A stretch of DNA of 64,000 bases, filler included, from Chrysochromulina tobinii (lineage: Eukaryota): assembly GCA_001275005.1 (NCBI GenBank). It is 6 parts of 6 records of this genome, joined end to end, with 100 filler letters (N's around TTAATTAATTAA, not from the genome) between each part and the next. Parts side by side here need not be neighbours in the genome. Positions count along the whole stretch, not along the records: positions 45,905 to 48,926 come from JWZX01001300.1; positions 49,027 to 57,745 come from JWZX01001301.1; positions 57,846 to 64,000 come from JWZX01001302.1; 3 more parts are not named here. One strand, written 5' to 3'. The position numbers and the translations under genes are program-made. Under the pieces are notes generated by a model, which was not told the origin of the DNA, searched no databases, and saw only the letters and a program-made list of their open reading frames with translations. How positions within the stretch are numbered: the first letter of the stretch is position 1; every line of letters starts with the position of its first letter. This document shows, piece by piece, positions 48,413 through 60,610 of the stretch.

Positions 48413-48926
48413 ACTCTAGAGGGGGAGGCTGCGCCTCCCCCCGTGCCGCCGATTAACGGCCTGTGTAATAGCAGGTTGTGTCGGCCACACCTCCGTCCAT
48501 AGCGATAGAGGCCCTCGTGCTTGGGGGTCCGGAGGTTGTGCGCGTTGTGTTGAACAGCAGCAGCAGGGTCGGCAATTTTTTCCACGTCGTTCTAATCGGT
48601 CAATACGGTGCTCTTGAGTGCCTTATAGCTGAAAATATGCCTAATTCGCGCCATGCAGCGTCCCTAGACCATCTCGGTGGAAGCGCTGTCATTCTTGACG
48701 GCGCGCCCCGAACCCAAAGGCTCGTTAAGCGGGTACGCCTTCGAGCGAGTTACCGCGTGGTGGGGAGGCGTCGTGGCTACGGCGCTCCGACATCGACGAG
48801 CAGGGCTTCCTTGCAGGATGGGAAGAGAGGGCGAGCATGATGAGATTTAACTACGTCTTTGACGAGATGGGCTTTCTAGGCCTACGGCAAGGCGGAAGGC
48901 TTGAGTCACATCAGCTGGGGCAGTTG

Positions 48927-49026
48927 NNNNNNNNNNNNNNNNNNNNNNNNNNNNNNNNNNNNNNNNNNNNTTAATTAATTAANNNNNNNNNNNNNNNNNN
49001 NNNNNNNNNNNNNNNNNNNNNNNNNN
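48927..49026. other. Artificial contig linker
   Basis: 44N-TTAATTAATTAA-44N. Confidence 0.98.
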
Positions 49027-49338
49027 CCGCCGCCGCCCTCGCCGCCGCCCTCGCCGCCCTCGCCGCTCGCCGCCTCCGAACCCGCCGCCGACGCCGCCGC
49101 CTCGCCACCGCCCTCGCCGCCTCAGAGCCCGCCACCGCCGCCGCCGCCGCCGCCACCCCCCCCTATGGACGGGTGTGGGGGGTGATGCAGTGCACCCCTA
49201 TACTATACGGGTGGGGATGGTCCAGTGCCAGTGCGCTCCTATACTATGGTCCAGTGCCAGTGCGCTCCTATACTATATGTACGCCACAGAAGTGTATATG
49301 TATATAATTTTACATCTCCTCTCACCATAGGTCTCAAC

Positions 49339-50418
49339 TTACCAAGGACGAGCAAAAAAAAGCCCAACCTTAACACCTCCATAGGGACTCTCTACAGTTG
49401 AGTGGTACAAGGCTGAATCAAACAAATGGAAAGCTCCTACTTCCTTGTAGGGTGAAGGTTGGGAGGCACCTGCAATCATCATGCTGGATGCTCGCCCGTT
49501 CACATCGAACCGTAGCAAAACCACCATAGTCCACACGATTTGACGTCCACAGTGCTGCTCTTCATGATCTCGGTGCCATTTGAATGATGAGCCAAGTTTC
49601 TCTTGATCCAAAACGTGAGCATGTGATAATCTGACCTGTGGATCCAAACTATAGCCCAGCTTAGGGAGATTCTTCTCCAACGTCTGCAGGAGCATGGCTT
49701 CCATGTCCTTAGCCCACCTGGTACTGCAGTCATCTGCTGCATACGCTCCAGGCAACAGAGAACGTGGGAACGAACCAGCCCATGATTCCCACCCATCATA
49801 GTGTGTCCTTGACTGAGAGGAATCCAACCCGACTGTCCCAAGTCTTTGCAGCCTTACTTGTTCACTCAGTGCCAGCTCGTCAAAGCCGTGCACCTTGGGG
49901 TAGCTGTCAAATCCACACATTCGGAACCCGTCACGGTTCCTAATTACCACCCCATCAGGCCTCAATAGGCTAGCATCTACCCCTCTCTGCTGGTCCATTA
50001 GAATGAGGAACGGCTGCAGTAATTCCAACTCCTCCCCCTCAAATTGCCCAGCCAAAGTGCACAGCCGGGCGTGGGGGTGATGCTCGTGATACAACTCATT
50101 GTAGTGCCTGGCTTCTGGTTCACACAAGAATCGAACTGAGCGCTTGCTGCGTCTTTGGGGTGGGCTCTCTTCCATTGAGCGCGCTTCCTGCAAGCGCGCT
50201 TCAGCCTCTTGTGCTCGAGCAGTAGCAGCAGCTGCTGCAGCAACAGCAGCTTCAGCAGCTGCTTGGGCTGCAGCAGTAGCAGCAGCCGCAGCCGCTGCCC
50301 CAGCCCCTCCCCGCAACCTCATCGCCTTCTGCCTACACGCCCCATTGCAACTCTTCTGATTCGACTTCATCGGCAGCATTTTGCCGCACGCTGTGCACTC
50401 CTTGGGCGTCTTCGGCAT
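49339..50418 (-). CDS. C4 zinc finger plus 2OG-Fe(II) oxygenase-like protein
   Basis: CTACGK...KSCNGACRQKA.R; FKWHRD (HxD), WTMVVLL, LFDSALYH, VKVGLFF; lower GC than neighbours. Confidence 0.65.
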   Translation of the reverse strand: MPKTPKECTACGKMLPMKSNQKSCNGACRQKAMRLRGGAGAAAAAAATAAAQAAAEAAVAAAAAATARAQEAEARLQEARSMEESPPQRRSKRSVRFLCEPEARHYNELYHEHHPHARLCTLAGQFEGEELELLQPFLILMDQQRGVDASLLRPDGVVIRNRDGFRMCGFDSYPKVHGFDELALSEQVRLQRLGTVGLDSSQSRTHYDGWESWAGSFPRSLLPGAYAADDCSTRWAKDMEAMLLQTLEKNLPKLGYSLDPQVRLSHAHVLDQEKLGSSFKWHRDHEEQHCGRQIVWTMVVLLRFDVNGRASSMMIAGASQPSPYKEVGAFHLFDSALYHSTVESPYGGVKVGLFFARPW

Positions 50419-50468
50419 GAGTGAGTCCTCGTGCGCGGAAAACCGTGACGTGACGTTTCGGAGACTTT

Positions 50469-50540
50469 GGCTTACTTCGGCTTACTTCGGCTTGCTTTTG
50501 GCTTACTTCGGCTTACTTCGGCTTACTTCGGCTTACTTCG
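50469..50540. repeat. (GGCTTACTTC)x7 tandem repeat
   Basis: Direct observation; one copy imperfect. Confidence 0.95.
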
Positions 50541-50700
50541 CCTAAATCCCAACAACCCGCACTTGGGAAACACATACTCATAAGACGCACATGTAACTTA
50601 CCGAAAAATAAGACGGTAGAAAACTTACTGGTAAGCGCATCGCTTAACAGTAAAGAACCGATCATCTGTGAATGAACGCGCGCGCTGACAGAACATAGAT

Positions 50701-52236
50701 ATGCTGAGAGGGCTGCTGGCGCTAACGTTGGCCGCCTCGTTCACCATCGTGGCGGCGCAGTCCTGTGGCACAAGCTGCGCAGTCCTGGGCTGCGATTTTT
50801 ACGAAAAGGGTTGCCCGTGCCAGTGCAGCAAGTGTGTCAAGCATAACGACTGCTGCAGCGACTGGGATGCTGCATGTGACGGCGGGCATGGCTCGGCGGC
50901 TGGGCCGGACGCTGGTCCAGAGCAGCATCACCTGTCGCTGACCGCATCACCAAGCGAGATGGTGGTGAGCTTTGCCACTTCAAATAAACCGTCGTATCAA
51001 GCCACGCCCATCTGCACGCTGGTTGCACCCGACGGATCCAACGTCACCTTCTCTGGCGCCTCGCACACCTACACAACGAACGTCTCGAGCCCGTGGCAAG
51101 GTCTGCTTCACACGGTACGATTCACGGGCTTGACGCCGTCGCAGCGCTACAAGTACACGTGCCGCGTCGGCTCTAGCGAGGGCGCGCAGCACTCTTTCCT
51201 CGCGGCGCCGCCGGTAGGCTATCTGCCCGTGACGGTGGCTGTCGTGGGCGACATGGGCGAGGGATGCAACATGGACGATCACGGGCGTGACGGCTGTGCC
51301 AACGCGACCATCGCGCGCCTTCAGGCCGACGTGGCCAAGGCGAGCGAGGAAACATCCGCGTCGGCCGAAGCGAACAATGGCACCGCCCCTTTTTCGCTCC
51401 TGGTCCACGTGGGAGACATTGCGTATACGGGTGGCGTGGAGACGGTCTACGATGGCTTCCTGAATGAACTCGAGCCCGTCGCCGCGAGTGTGCCTTACCA
51501 GGTGTGCGTGGGCAACCACGAGCACTACTTCAACTTCTCCGGCTTCCTCGCTCGCTTCGCTATGAGCGAGTCAAGTCAAGTCATGTCAAGTCAAGTCGAC
51601 CCAAATAGGATGTCGGCTTCGGCGCAGCTGCGGCTGCCGGCGACGCCGGCAGCACCAGCTGCTCCGGCGGCCGATCCGCTCGTGGTCAACAACCTGTTTT
51701 ACTCCTTCGACTATGGCGGTGTGCACTTTGTGGCCTACTCAACGGAACATGATCTCGCTCCGCAGCTCAACTTCATCTCCGCCGATCTCGCCGCCGTCAA
51801 CCGCACGAGGACCCCGTGGGTGGTCGCATTCGCGCACAGGCCAGTGTACTGCAGCACGAACGATCACAACGACTGCGACATCGGTGGGCCGAAGTTTGGC
51901 CAGCAGCTCGAGCCCTTGTTTAGTCAATTCAAGGTCGACCTTGCATTATTTGGGCATCTGCACAATTACGAGCGCACGTGGCCCGTCTATCAAGGGCAGG
52001 TGAGCGCGCGCTCGTATGCGAATCCGTCCGCGACTGTACATGCGGTGGTCGGCATGGCGGGCGACATCGAAGGGCTCACGGACGATTTCTCGCCGACGGT
52101 GCCGTCATGGTCGGCGGTGCGCGACTCGAGGCTCGGGTACGCAAGGCTGCACTTCGTAAGTGCGACCCGTATGAGTCTCTACTACACCCTCGCGAGCAAT
52201 GGAAGCGTGGCCGACGAGTTCACGATCACAAAGTAG
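50701..52236 (+). CDS. Secreted purple acid phosphatase with N-terminal somatomedin-B-like domain
   Basis: Signal peptide; CQCSKCVKHNDCCSDWDAAC; FN3-like domain; GDMG, GDIAY, GNHE, VAFAH, GHLH. Confidence 0.93.
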   Translation: MLRGLLALTLAASFTIVAAQSCGTSCAVLGCDFYEKGCPCQCSKCVKHNDCCSDWDAACDGGHGSAAGPDAGPEQHHLSLTASPSEMVVSFATSNKPSYQATPICTLVAPDGSNVTFSGASHTYTTNVSSPWQGLLHTVRFTGLTPSQRYKYTCRVGSSEGAQHSFLAAPPVGYLPVTVAVVGDMGEGCNMDDHGRDGCANATIARLQADVAKASEETSASAEANNGTAPFSLLVHVGDIAYTGGVETVYDGFLNELEPVAASVPYQVCVGNHEHYFNFSGFLARFAMSESSQVMSSQVDPNRMSASAQLRLPATPAAPAAPAADPLVVNNLFYSFDYGGVHFVAYSTEHDLAPQLNFISADLAAVNRTRTPWVVAFAHRPVYCSTNDHNDCDIGGPKFGQQLEPLFSQFKVDLALFGHLHNYERTWPVYQGQVSARSYANPSATVHAVVGMAGDIEGLTDDFSPTVPSWSAVRDSRLGYARLHFVSATRMSLYYTLASNGSVADEFTITK

Positions 52237-52253
52237 ACGGCCGCGCCATGTTG

Positions 52254-52382
52254 AATCGCGAATGCAGGGGCGCTGTGGTGGGCGTATCGAATCGTGAATG
52301 AAGGGGCGCTGTGGTGGGCGTAATCGTGAATGCAGGGGCGCTGTGGTGTGCGTAATGCGAGGGGCGCTGTGGTGCGCGCGTA
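52254..52382. repeat. Minisatellite, four copies of core AGGGGCGCTGTGGTG
   Basis: Direct observation, ~27-36-nt period. Confidence 0.9.
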
Positions 52383-52824
52383 GCATTTCCCGAAGCCGCA
52401 TTCCCCAAGGCAGCGCGTTGACGAGGCCTGCCCCGCGTAGCCAAAGTGCAGAGTGGAGAGGGTGACGGTTCGAGGTGACGCATGAGATTCGTCTGTAGGG
52501 CGTGAAATCACAGAAGTGTGTGAACTCACAGAGGGTGACGGTTCGAGGTGACGGTGAGGCCCACGGGCGTCGGCCCGGCGCAGACCTGGACAATCAACAA
52601 TCATGACGCGCCCGTGGGCGCCTTCGCCCTTCGCCCCTGCGCCCTGGCCCCGCAACGCGCAAGGACCAAGGTGGGCGGGCTGGAGCGGCGGCAAGCTCGT
52701 GAAGGGGCGGACATGTTCCTCTTGTTTGTTACACCGTGATCAAACGAGGCTCTGTGGCCGTCGCGTAATTGAAAGGGGGCACAATACAACGTAACGATAA
52801 CGATCATTGGGGAAAAATGTAAAA

Positions 52825-53649
52825 TCAAACATCGACGACGTCTTCAGAAGGCACCAGCTCGTGCCTTCTTGATGCAGCGAGGATCCATGGGAGCTTGGAG
52901 TGTGCTCGCTTGATGGCAGTGGTTGCGCCGATCATGATGATGATCAGCAAGCCGAGGCCCGCAGCGGCAACCTGGGTGGTCTGATGCGCACCAGTCACAT
53001 CCATAGGGCAATAGCGCACGTCAATAGCGCACCAGACAGTCGATATGGCCGGCGGCGACGGCGGCGACGGTCGCGGAGGCTGGAGCGGTCGCGGGGGCGG
53101 CGTCTGCGGTCGGGGTGGCCTCGGGGAGGGCGGGGGTGACAAGGGTCTTGGTGGAGGCGGCTCTGGTGGCGGTATAGGTGGCAGCCGTGGCAACGGACTC
53201 GGCGGCGGCCAGTGCGGTGGCTTTGGTGGCGGCGGCAACGGCGGCGAAAGGGGCGGTGGCGGGCTCGGTGGCTCCATCTGAACGCACGTGAGCGTGATCT
53301 GGCCGAGCTGTGGGGCCGACTCGCCCCTCAACATCCCGTTGATCCCGCACCCGAAGCGTCCAACCGTTCCGCCGATTTGAGCCACGGCATTGGGCTTCAG
53401 GTGGACGGTCAGGCTGGTCTCGCTGTGTGCCCAGAGTTGGACGTTCTGATCGCAAGCGTTTTCACGCACCTCCACGGGCTCTCCAAAGTCGAGCACTGCA
53501 AGTGTCGTGGTGTCCCAAAATGGGTGATCACGGGTGGCGCTCACGAGCACCTCGATGTAAAACCCTCCGGACCAGCGGTCTTGCAGCAGACTTTCAGGCG
53601 AGTTCCAACGCTCCGAGTTGAGGCGGAGAGGGCATGCTTGCGTACTCAT
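52825..53649 (-). CDS. Pro-rich single-pass membrane protein with N-terminal beta-rich domain
   Basis: PPSP stalk; TM VAAAGLGLLIIIMIGATTAI. Confidence 0.6.
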   Translation of the reverse strand: MSTQACPLRLNSERWNSPESLLQDRWSGGFYIEVLVSATRDHPFWDTTTLAVLDFGEPVEVRENACDQNVQLWAHSETSLTVHLKPNAVAQIGGTVGRFGCGINGMLRGESAPQLGQITLTCVQMEPPSPPPPLSPPLPPPPKPPHWPPPSPLPRLPPIPPPEPPPPRPLSPPPSPRPPRPQTPPPRPLQPPRPSPPSPPAISTVWCAIDVRYCPMDVTGAHQTTQVAAAGLGLLIIIMIGATTAIKRAHSKLPWILAASRRHELVPSEDVVDV

Positions 53650-53992
53650 TTCTCCTCAGCACATGTACTTCACTCGAGTGCACAGAAGTCGCGGGGCGGC
53701 AAGGACTCTTCGGTTGGGTCGGGTGAGATCGAAAAAAAAAGGTAAAAACTCGAGCATGCAATTGTTTCTCAAGAGAAACGTCGTACGACCCCTGTTCATG
53801 CTTCTCCATGTAGATGTGTCCAGAATCGTCAACTCTTCACCATCCCTCATGCGCCAGCTTGCAGCCTCGAGTAGCCTCGCCGCAGAAGACGACGCGTGCC
53901 AGAAGGAGTTGCGAGTTCGCTCGCCGTGCTGAGCTATGGCACGGGCGTTGTTGTTGTTGGTTCGTCTTCTACTTATTGCCAGATAGTCACAC

Positions 53993-55199
53993 CTATCTCT
54001 TCTTGCCAAACAAGGCCTTGCTCAGCGACCAGGGAGCGCCGCCCTGAGCGCCGCTCTCGCTAAGGCTCTGGACGGTGCCAGAGTGGAGCAGTCGTTGCTT
54101 CTCGATTCCGACGAGGATGTCTTTCGGATTCGTTGTGACTGAATGGCTGAGGCCATTCTGGATCCGCTCGTTCGCCGCGATTCGCTCCTCGTTCGCAAGC
54201 GCATCGGTCTTAATGCCACAGACATCGTAATGGAAGAGGACTCGGTAGCAGAGCACCTTGGCGGTGTCCTGGATGACGAAGAAGACGCCGCAGAAGCACC
54301 ACGTGAACACCACGTGCTCAAAGTCGAGGCCGATCAGCTGGACGTCCTCCTGGTGCTCACGCGCCGCCTCCTCGCCCTCGAGGTACAAGACTTCGTCAAA
54401 CCGAATGTCCTGGAAGGGCCAGGTGACCGAGAAGTAGGTTGACGTGAGCGTGGCGAAGAGAGCGGCGGAGGCGACGATCTTGCTAGGCGCGCGTGTCCAG
54501 CACCAGTCTTGGGTGCGCGCAGCAAAGATGGTCCACCAGTCCGAAAGGGAGATCTTGAGGTACATCATGGCGATGATCTGGCCGTACGAGAGGGAAGACG
54601 AGAGACCGAGCTGGCGCATTGGCGAGTCGGGGTCCTCGGATGAGAGAGCCCAGTCGAGGAGCAGGAGCGACGAGCCACACGCGACGAAGCCTATCCACGC
54701 CGCGACGATGAAGAGGATGGGAAGGTTCCACTTCTCCGGCAGCTGCGACGCTTTGACGTTGTCGTACGCGGTCGAGACGATGGTCGCGTCGTTGAGGATG
54801 ACGATCACGACGAGGGCGATCACGGGCAGGTTGAAGGTGCCCGGGATGTCGAGGCCGATCTCGCGCTCCGTCATTCTGAAGCCGTACTCAAAGTGCGCGA
54901 CAGAGCCATCGGACAGGACCTTGTCGTACTTATACGGATGGCCGGGGAGCTGCTTGAACTTGTCGTTGTACCAATGGGGCTCGAAGGCGAAGACGGCGAC
55001 GAAGAAGAACAAGAGGAGCTGGATAGTGCACGCGACGCGGTAGATGACGTAGTTCTTCATGCGCTGGAAGATGGCGCGAGAGATCTCGATGGCGTCGACG
55101 ATGACGGAAAGGCCCGGGGCGGTGAGGACGAGGTCCGCCGCAGCACGCGCCGCGTCGGTCGCGCCCTCGACGGCGATGCCCACGTCGGCCTTCTTGAGG

Positions 55200-55232
<33 letters not shown>

Positions 55233-56953
55233 CCGACCGAGTGGCCGAGCTGACGCAGCGTCTCGACGATGAGGAACTTGTGCTCGGGGTAGACGCCGGC
55301 AAAGCCGTCCGAGTTGGTGATCATCTCGCCGTAGTCGCGGCCGAGGGTCGTAGGGGGAGCGTCGCCAGCCGCGAGGGTGGGGAGATTCGCAGCGCTGGAG
55401 ATGTTGTCGCCCATGCCGAGCTGGCGCGCCGTCTCGCGCGCGATCGCTTGGTGGTCACCCGTGATCATCTTGACGGAGACACCCTGCATCATCGCATTAC
55501 GGATCGTCGCCTTCGTGTCCGGCCGAGGGGGGTCGAGGAAGGTAAGCATCCCGACCATCTTCATCACGCCGCCCTTATCCTTCTTGGCGACCGCGAGGGC
55601 ACGGATGCCACGCTCCGCAAGGTTGTCTACCTTGGCCTGGAACGCATTGCCAATCGCCGCGTAGTTGGACTTGTCGATCAAGGTGAGCAGCACGTTTGGC
55701 GCGCCCTTGACCACTTCAAACTCGGCGCCATTAGGGCCCCTCAGGGTCGCCTCGGTGCGCTTGCGCTTCGGGTCAAACGGAACAAAGTCGAGCTGCACGT
55801 GCTTGTCGCAGTACTCGCGGTCGAGCTTGTCCGACATGAGCACGAGAGTGTCGAGAGCATCCTTCGGAGGCTCCTTCCACCGAATCGCTAGGGCCGCATA
55901 GGTGAGGATCTCGGGCCCCTGGATCTTGTCGTCGTAGCTGACCATCTCCTGCAAGACCATCTTGTTGAGGGTGAGGGTGCCGGTCTTGTCCGAGCAGAGG
56001 ATCGTCATGCCGGCCAGCTGCTCGATTGAGGCGAGCCGTGCCACGATCGCCTTCTTCTCCGCGAGCATGCGTGAGCCAAGCGCCATCGTCGCGGTGCACA
56101 CGACCTGCATCGCAATCGGGATCGACGCGACCAGCAGCACAACGCCAAACGAGACAGCCTCCCACAGCTGGCCGGGGTCACGCATGATGAGATGGACCAC
56201 CGCGATCGTGACGAGCACCGACGAGAAGGCGAAGAGCACCTGCGTGATCGAAAGCACCACCTTTTGGAAGTTGCCCTCATCGTGCGTCGAGCCGATGAGC
56301 GCGGCCGTCTTGCCAAAGAACGTGTTGATGCCCGTATTGCACACCACGCCATCGACCTCGCCAGAGACGACCGTAGAGCCCATCATGATCTGGCTGCCCG
56401 CAGACATGCTCACCGGCAGCGACTCGCCAGTCAGAGCCGCCTGATCGACTTGGATCTCCATGCCGTGACTCACGATGCAGTCGGCCGGCACGCTGAAACC
56501 GGCAGCGAGCGAGACACGATCGCCAGGCACCAGCAAAGAGGCGTCAATCTTGCGCCAGCGGCCATTCCGCTTCACAGTAGCCTCCGGCTTGAGCGAAGCT
56601 TTCAGCGCCGCAACGGCATCTCCCGCCCGCATGTCCTCCCAGAAGCCAACAAAGCCGTTGAGGAAAAGCAGCGTCATCAGCGTGTAAAAGTCGGGCCACT
56701 CTTTCAGGAGGTACTCGATAAGGCACGCCAAGACGATCATGCCCGGCATGAGGCCAGTGAAGTGCGACAGGAAGATCACGTACCATGGCGTGGCGTTGTC
56801 TGGCAGCTCGTTAAGCCCAAACTGTTTCAGCCGGATCTCAGCCTCGGCCTCGTCCAGGCCTTCCTCACTCGTCGCATCGACATGTGCACCTGGCTCTCCG
56901 GTCAGATCGAGCACGGAGGCCTTGTGATGGAGGGTGCGGGGCGTCTCTTTCAT
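53993..56953 (-). CDS. PMA1: Plasma-membrane P3A-type H+-ATPase
   Basis: LTGES, IPIAM, CSDKTGTLT, KGAP, DPPR, MITGD, TGDGVNDAPALKKAD, ILND, AYD. Confidence 0.97.
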
Positions 56954-57077
56954 GGCTTCTCTTCCGCCAATACCTCTGGCAAGGCACGTCCGCCACGAGA
57001 GGCGCCTCAAGTCGTCCTAGGGATGATGAGGCGTACCACCTGGGAGGGTTTTGGCGCAATCGCAGTCATTAGTTAAT

Positions 57078-57131
57078 TAAGTCAAGTCAAGTCAAGCCAA
57101 GTCAAGTCAAGTGAAGTCCAAGTTAAGTCAA
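57078..57131. repeat. (AAGTC)n microsatellite
   Basis: About 10 imperfect units; the same motif lies inside the phosphatase CDS at 51570-51597. Confidence 0.85.
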
Positions 57132-57657
57132 TTCGATACGCTTCCGTTCAGTTGCCTGTTGTTCATGTATGATACTCAAAGCGACGCCGGCGACATCTCC
57201 GACCGGAGCGCTGTGAGCGCGGAGATAGCGGAGCGACGACAAAACACAAATTGTACTCAAGTAACGAGCGAAGAGCAACGCGAACGAGCGGCGAAATGTC
57301 CCGGTTGTCGCTGCCTGTCAAGTGTCAACCGAATTCCGACGTTGAGGCTGCCTGCGCCTTACAGTACACGATATTACATCTATTTTCAGCTGTACTGACG
57401 CTACACAGTGTACAGTTTGGTTGTTCCGGGGTACAGCTGTTCAGTATACCGTCACCCGTCAACGTCAACCTGGCACGTACGAGCACACTCACGCATGAGC
57501 TGAATGTGTTCCGACCACCGACAACCGACGCCGACCCCCCAAGCCCCGGAAAGACTGCATTTCGTGCCGTACTTGAGCCGTTGACACGTCTTCCATCTTC
57601 CCCTCTTCCATCTCCTCATCAAACTTCCCTTCCGGCGGAAGCGTGTTCAGCATCAAT

Positions 57658-57745
57658 GGCTCTGGACGGTGCCAGAGTGGAGCAGTCGTTGCTTCTCGAT
57701 TCCGACGAGGATGTCTTTCGGATTCGTTGTGACTGAATGGCTGAG
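57658..57745 (-). repeat. Exact 88-nt copy of the H+-ATPase 3' region (54064-54151); probable tail of a tandem paralogue cut by the contig end
   Basis: Identical sequence; diverges after ...HSGTVQS. Confidence 0.85.
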
Positions 57746-57845
57746 NNNNNNNNNNNNNNNNNNNNNNNNNNNNNNNNNNNNNNNNNNNNTTAATTAATTA
57801 ANNNNNNNNNNNNNNNNNNNNNNNNNNNNNNNNNNNNNNNNNNNN
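57746..57845. other. Artificial contig linker
   Basis: 44N-TTAATTAATTAA-44N. Confidence 0.98.
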
Positions 57846-58067
57846 CGGAGGGGTGCTTTAGGGTGGAAGTGTTTCGGTGTCATGCATTGTGTTTACATGT
57901 TGTTTGTGATTGTAGTTTAAGTTGAGTGCCTTAAGCAACCTAAAATGAGCTTGATGCTTTTATGAGGTTATTAGACTGATGACATACTGATGACACCATG
58001 ATCACATCCGCTGATCGCAACAGTATGGGAACAACACACTGATGACATACTGATGACCTGGTGTATG

Positions 58068-60610
58068 TCAGTGGGTGGCCCGGTGCTTTCGTTTCTCCCA
58101 CATGCCAGGATAATCGCGATGATTAGGGTCAATGCGCCAAAAATCTGGAATGAGAGTGAGAATGACACCCGATGCACTGTACCTCTGAGCGGCAAAGGCA
58201 ACTGCTTCCCTCCACTGAGGATATGCAGTCCCCTCGCCACTCAGACTCAGCATCAAGTCGAAGGGCACTGGTGTATGGCGAGTGCTGGCGATGCCGTGAT
58301 GTTGATGTTGGCGGATGAGAAAGTCTGATGCCCGCCGTGCCTCGTCCGACGCAGCTACCTTCCAGTCCCCCCCATCGGACCTCGGGGGTGCTCGCATTGC
58401 TCGTAATTGTGAGTCTCGCAAGCCACCTGGTTCTGGTCGCGCCTGCACAATATCGATGATGATGCTGCCAGCAAAGCACCGAGCGAGGGCAATCGCAAAA
58501 GCGCACCCGACGTTGCAAGTGGTCCACTTCCCTGACTGAAGGTACCGGCCTCTCTCGGTGACGCACATGGCCACAGCCAACATGGGTGAGGCAATGTAAG
58601 CGGTCCACAAAGCCTTATCATTGATGTGATCCTGCATGACGATCGATGGTACTGACGGATGGAGTAAACTGCGTGATGGTTCACTGGCGGATGGAGTAAA
58701 CTGAACCACATATCGTGCGCCGTCAACTGTACTCACAATCCAACCCGCCTGCTCAAAGAGCTTGCGATATGGCGCTGACTGGGTGAATCGATTGATGCAA
58801 GAGTGCAACGGCACGCAAGCTGTCATCATGTGGCTATCCAAGTATGCACTTACGACCCCAAGGGCCTCTCTTGCAAAACCTTGTCGTTCGTGATTCGGGT
58901 CGGTATAGAGAGATAATAGAAACGCAACTGCTGCTGGTGCTGCTTGACGTGTGCCACGCGATTGGTGCCTGCTGGACACAGCGAGCGCCGCCAAAGAGTA
59001 GAGGCCGCTATTATCAACACGCACCGACATGACGAGCTTTTCGATTCTTCCACAGAATCCTGGATTCTCGTTGAAATTGAACGGTTGCCTGCGCAGCCAC
59101 TGCTGGATGCCATCTACAACGACATGCGTGATAGGGTGTGCATCAAGACGAAGGCCCGCATCTGTCCACTTTGTTTGTAAGGCCTCAAGGTGGGAGTGGA
59201 ATGACGACAACTGCGCCTCGTCACTTTCCGCTGATAACTCGATTAGGGTTAAGGTGGGCGTCGCAAACGAAACCGCGCCAACCACTGCGCGTCGCTGCAC
59301 CATGTCGGCCTGAATGGATCCCATGAAGAACACTGCCCCCACCGACCAGTCAGTGCCACTGGTAAAGGATTTGAACACCGCTTCCCGCGGAACTGCCCAC
59401 CGCATGAATATGCTCGATGGCGCAAAATGATCCAGTGCCGCGGCGACCGTCATGCGAAAGTGCTTGGCAACGTCCTTGCCATCGGGAGCGTTGGCCACAG
59501 AGAAATCCAGTAGATCAAACGGCACAACCACCGACGTGTAAGGCTCGCCCAAAGTGATCTTCAGGTCCCTGAACCATGAGTGATAATAATGAGTTCCAGC
59601 TGCATCCACACCAAGCTCCGAGATCACGTCAGGATTGTAGTTGTTTCGGCCGAGACCAAAGACACAGGCAGCCGCCTCAACTTCAAGGTCAATCGAAGTG
59701 CTCTGCAACTGCGCTTCCCAGCGATCCCGAAGCAAAACGCTCAATTTGCATCCCGCGGTGAAATCACCTCCCAAGACGTGCTCTGCTTGTATATAATCTT
59801 CCTTCATCCCGTGACCGCATTCGGGCCTGGGGGATTTGCAGATTGAAAAGACATCCGGAAGGCAGAAGGACAGCTTCGTAGAGCCTTCAAGCTTGTAAAA
59901 GCAGGCAGCACCACTTTTTATCGGCACTGCACGCCGGGCGAGCTCCAAGTCCACTAGCTTTGAAAGTCGCCCTGCCGACATTGTCGACAGAATGCCGTTG
60001 ATGTGCCAGTACGCGGGAGCACCACCGCTTAACAGTACGAGCTGTGATGCTCTCAGGTTTGGCAGCCGCTCACCAGCGCTGGCAAATGAATGAATCGTCG
60101 CATCCAAAAATGTGCTTGCGGCGTCGAGTCGGATTTGTGCCTCGCTGATTGAATCGCCCAGAAGGAGCTGCGCAACATAGCAGTGGAGACCCCAAAAAAG
60201 CAAATCATCGTTGCGCGCTTGATGCGCCGCCCGGACATCAATGAGAACATCGGCAAGAGCCAAGCGTGCACGGGCAATGAGCTCTTTAGAAGCATAAAGG
60301 TACCAAGGAGTGAAATCACGCCTCAGTTGATTTCCTGCGGCCTCAAATAACGTCTCTGACGACAATCGTTTGGAATCGTAGCCAAAGCTCCAAAGGACAG
60401 CTCTGAAGTGTTGAGCTAGGATAGCAAATTGAGGCGACCCAAGCTCATCAAACAAATCAGAAGGAGGGGTGGCCACCTCGAGTGCATGATGTACGGCCAT
60501 GCGAACATAACTCGTTGGATATGCGATCAACGGATAGCCCACAGGGAACATAACCTCAACGCCATTCGCAGTACTGCGATCGTTCAAGAACGAAGGATGA
60601 CATAAGATCC
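58068..60610 (-). CDS. Large low-GC hypothetical protein with a GNAT-like acetyltransferase motif
   Basis: Over 800 open codons; FLLSLYTDPNHERQGFAREAL resembles GNAT motif A; acceptor-like CACAG at 60611-60615; true start unknown. Confidence 0.55.

Noticed and set aside
48420..48926. Possible further retroelement coding sequence
   Set aside because: No recognisable RT or endonuclease motif in the listed ORFs
52254..52553. Short repeats as a possible CRISPR array or regulatory RNA
   Set aside because: Contiguous minisatellite without unique spacers
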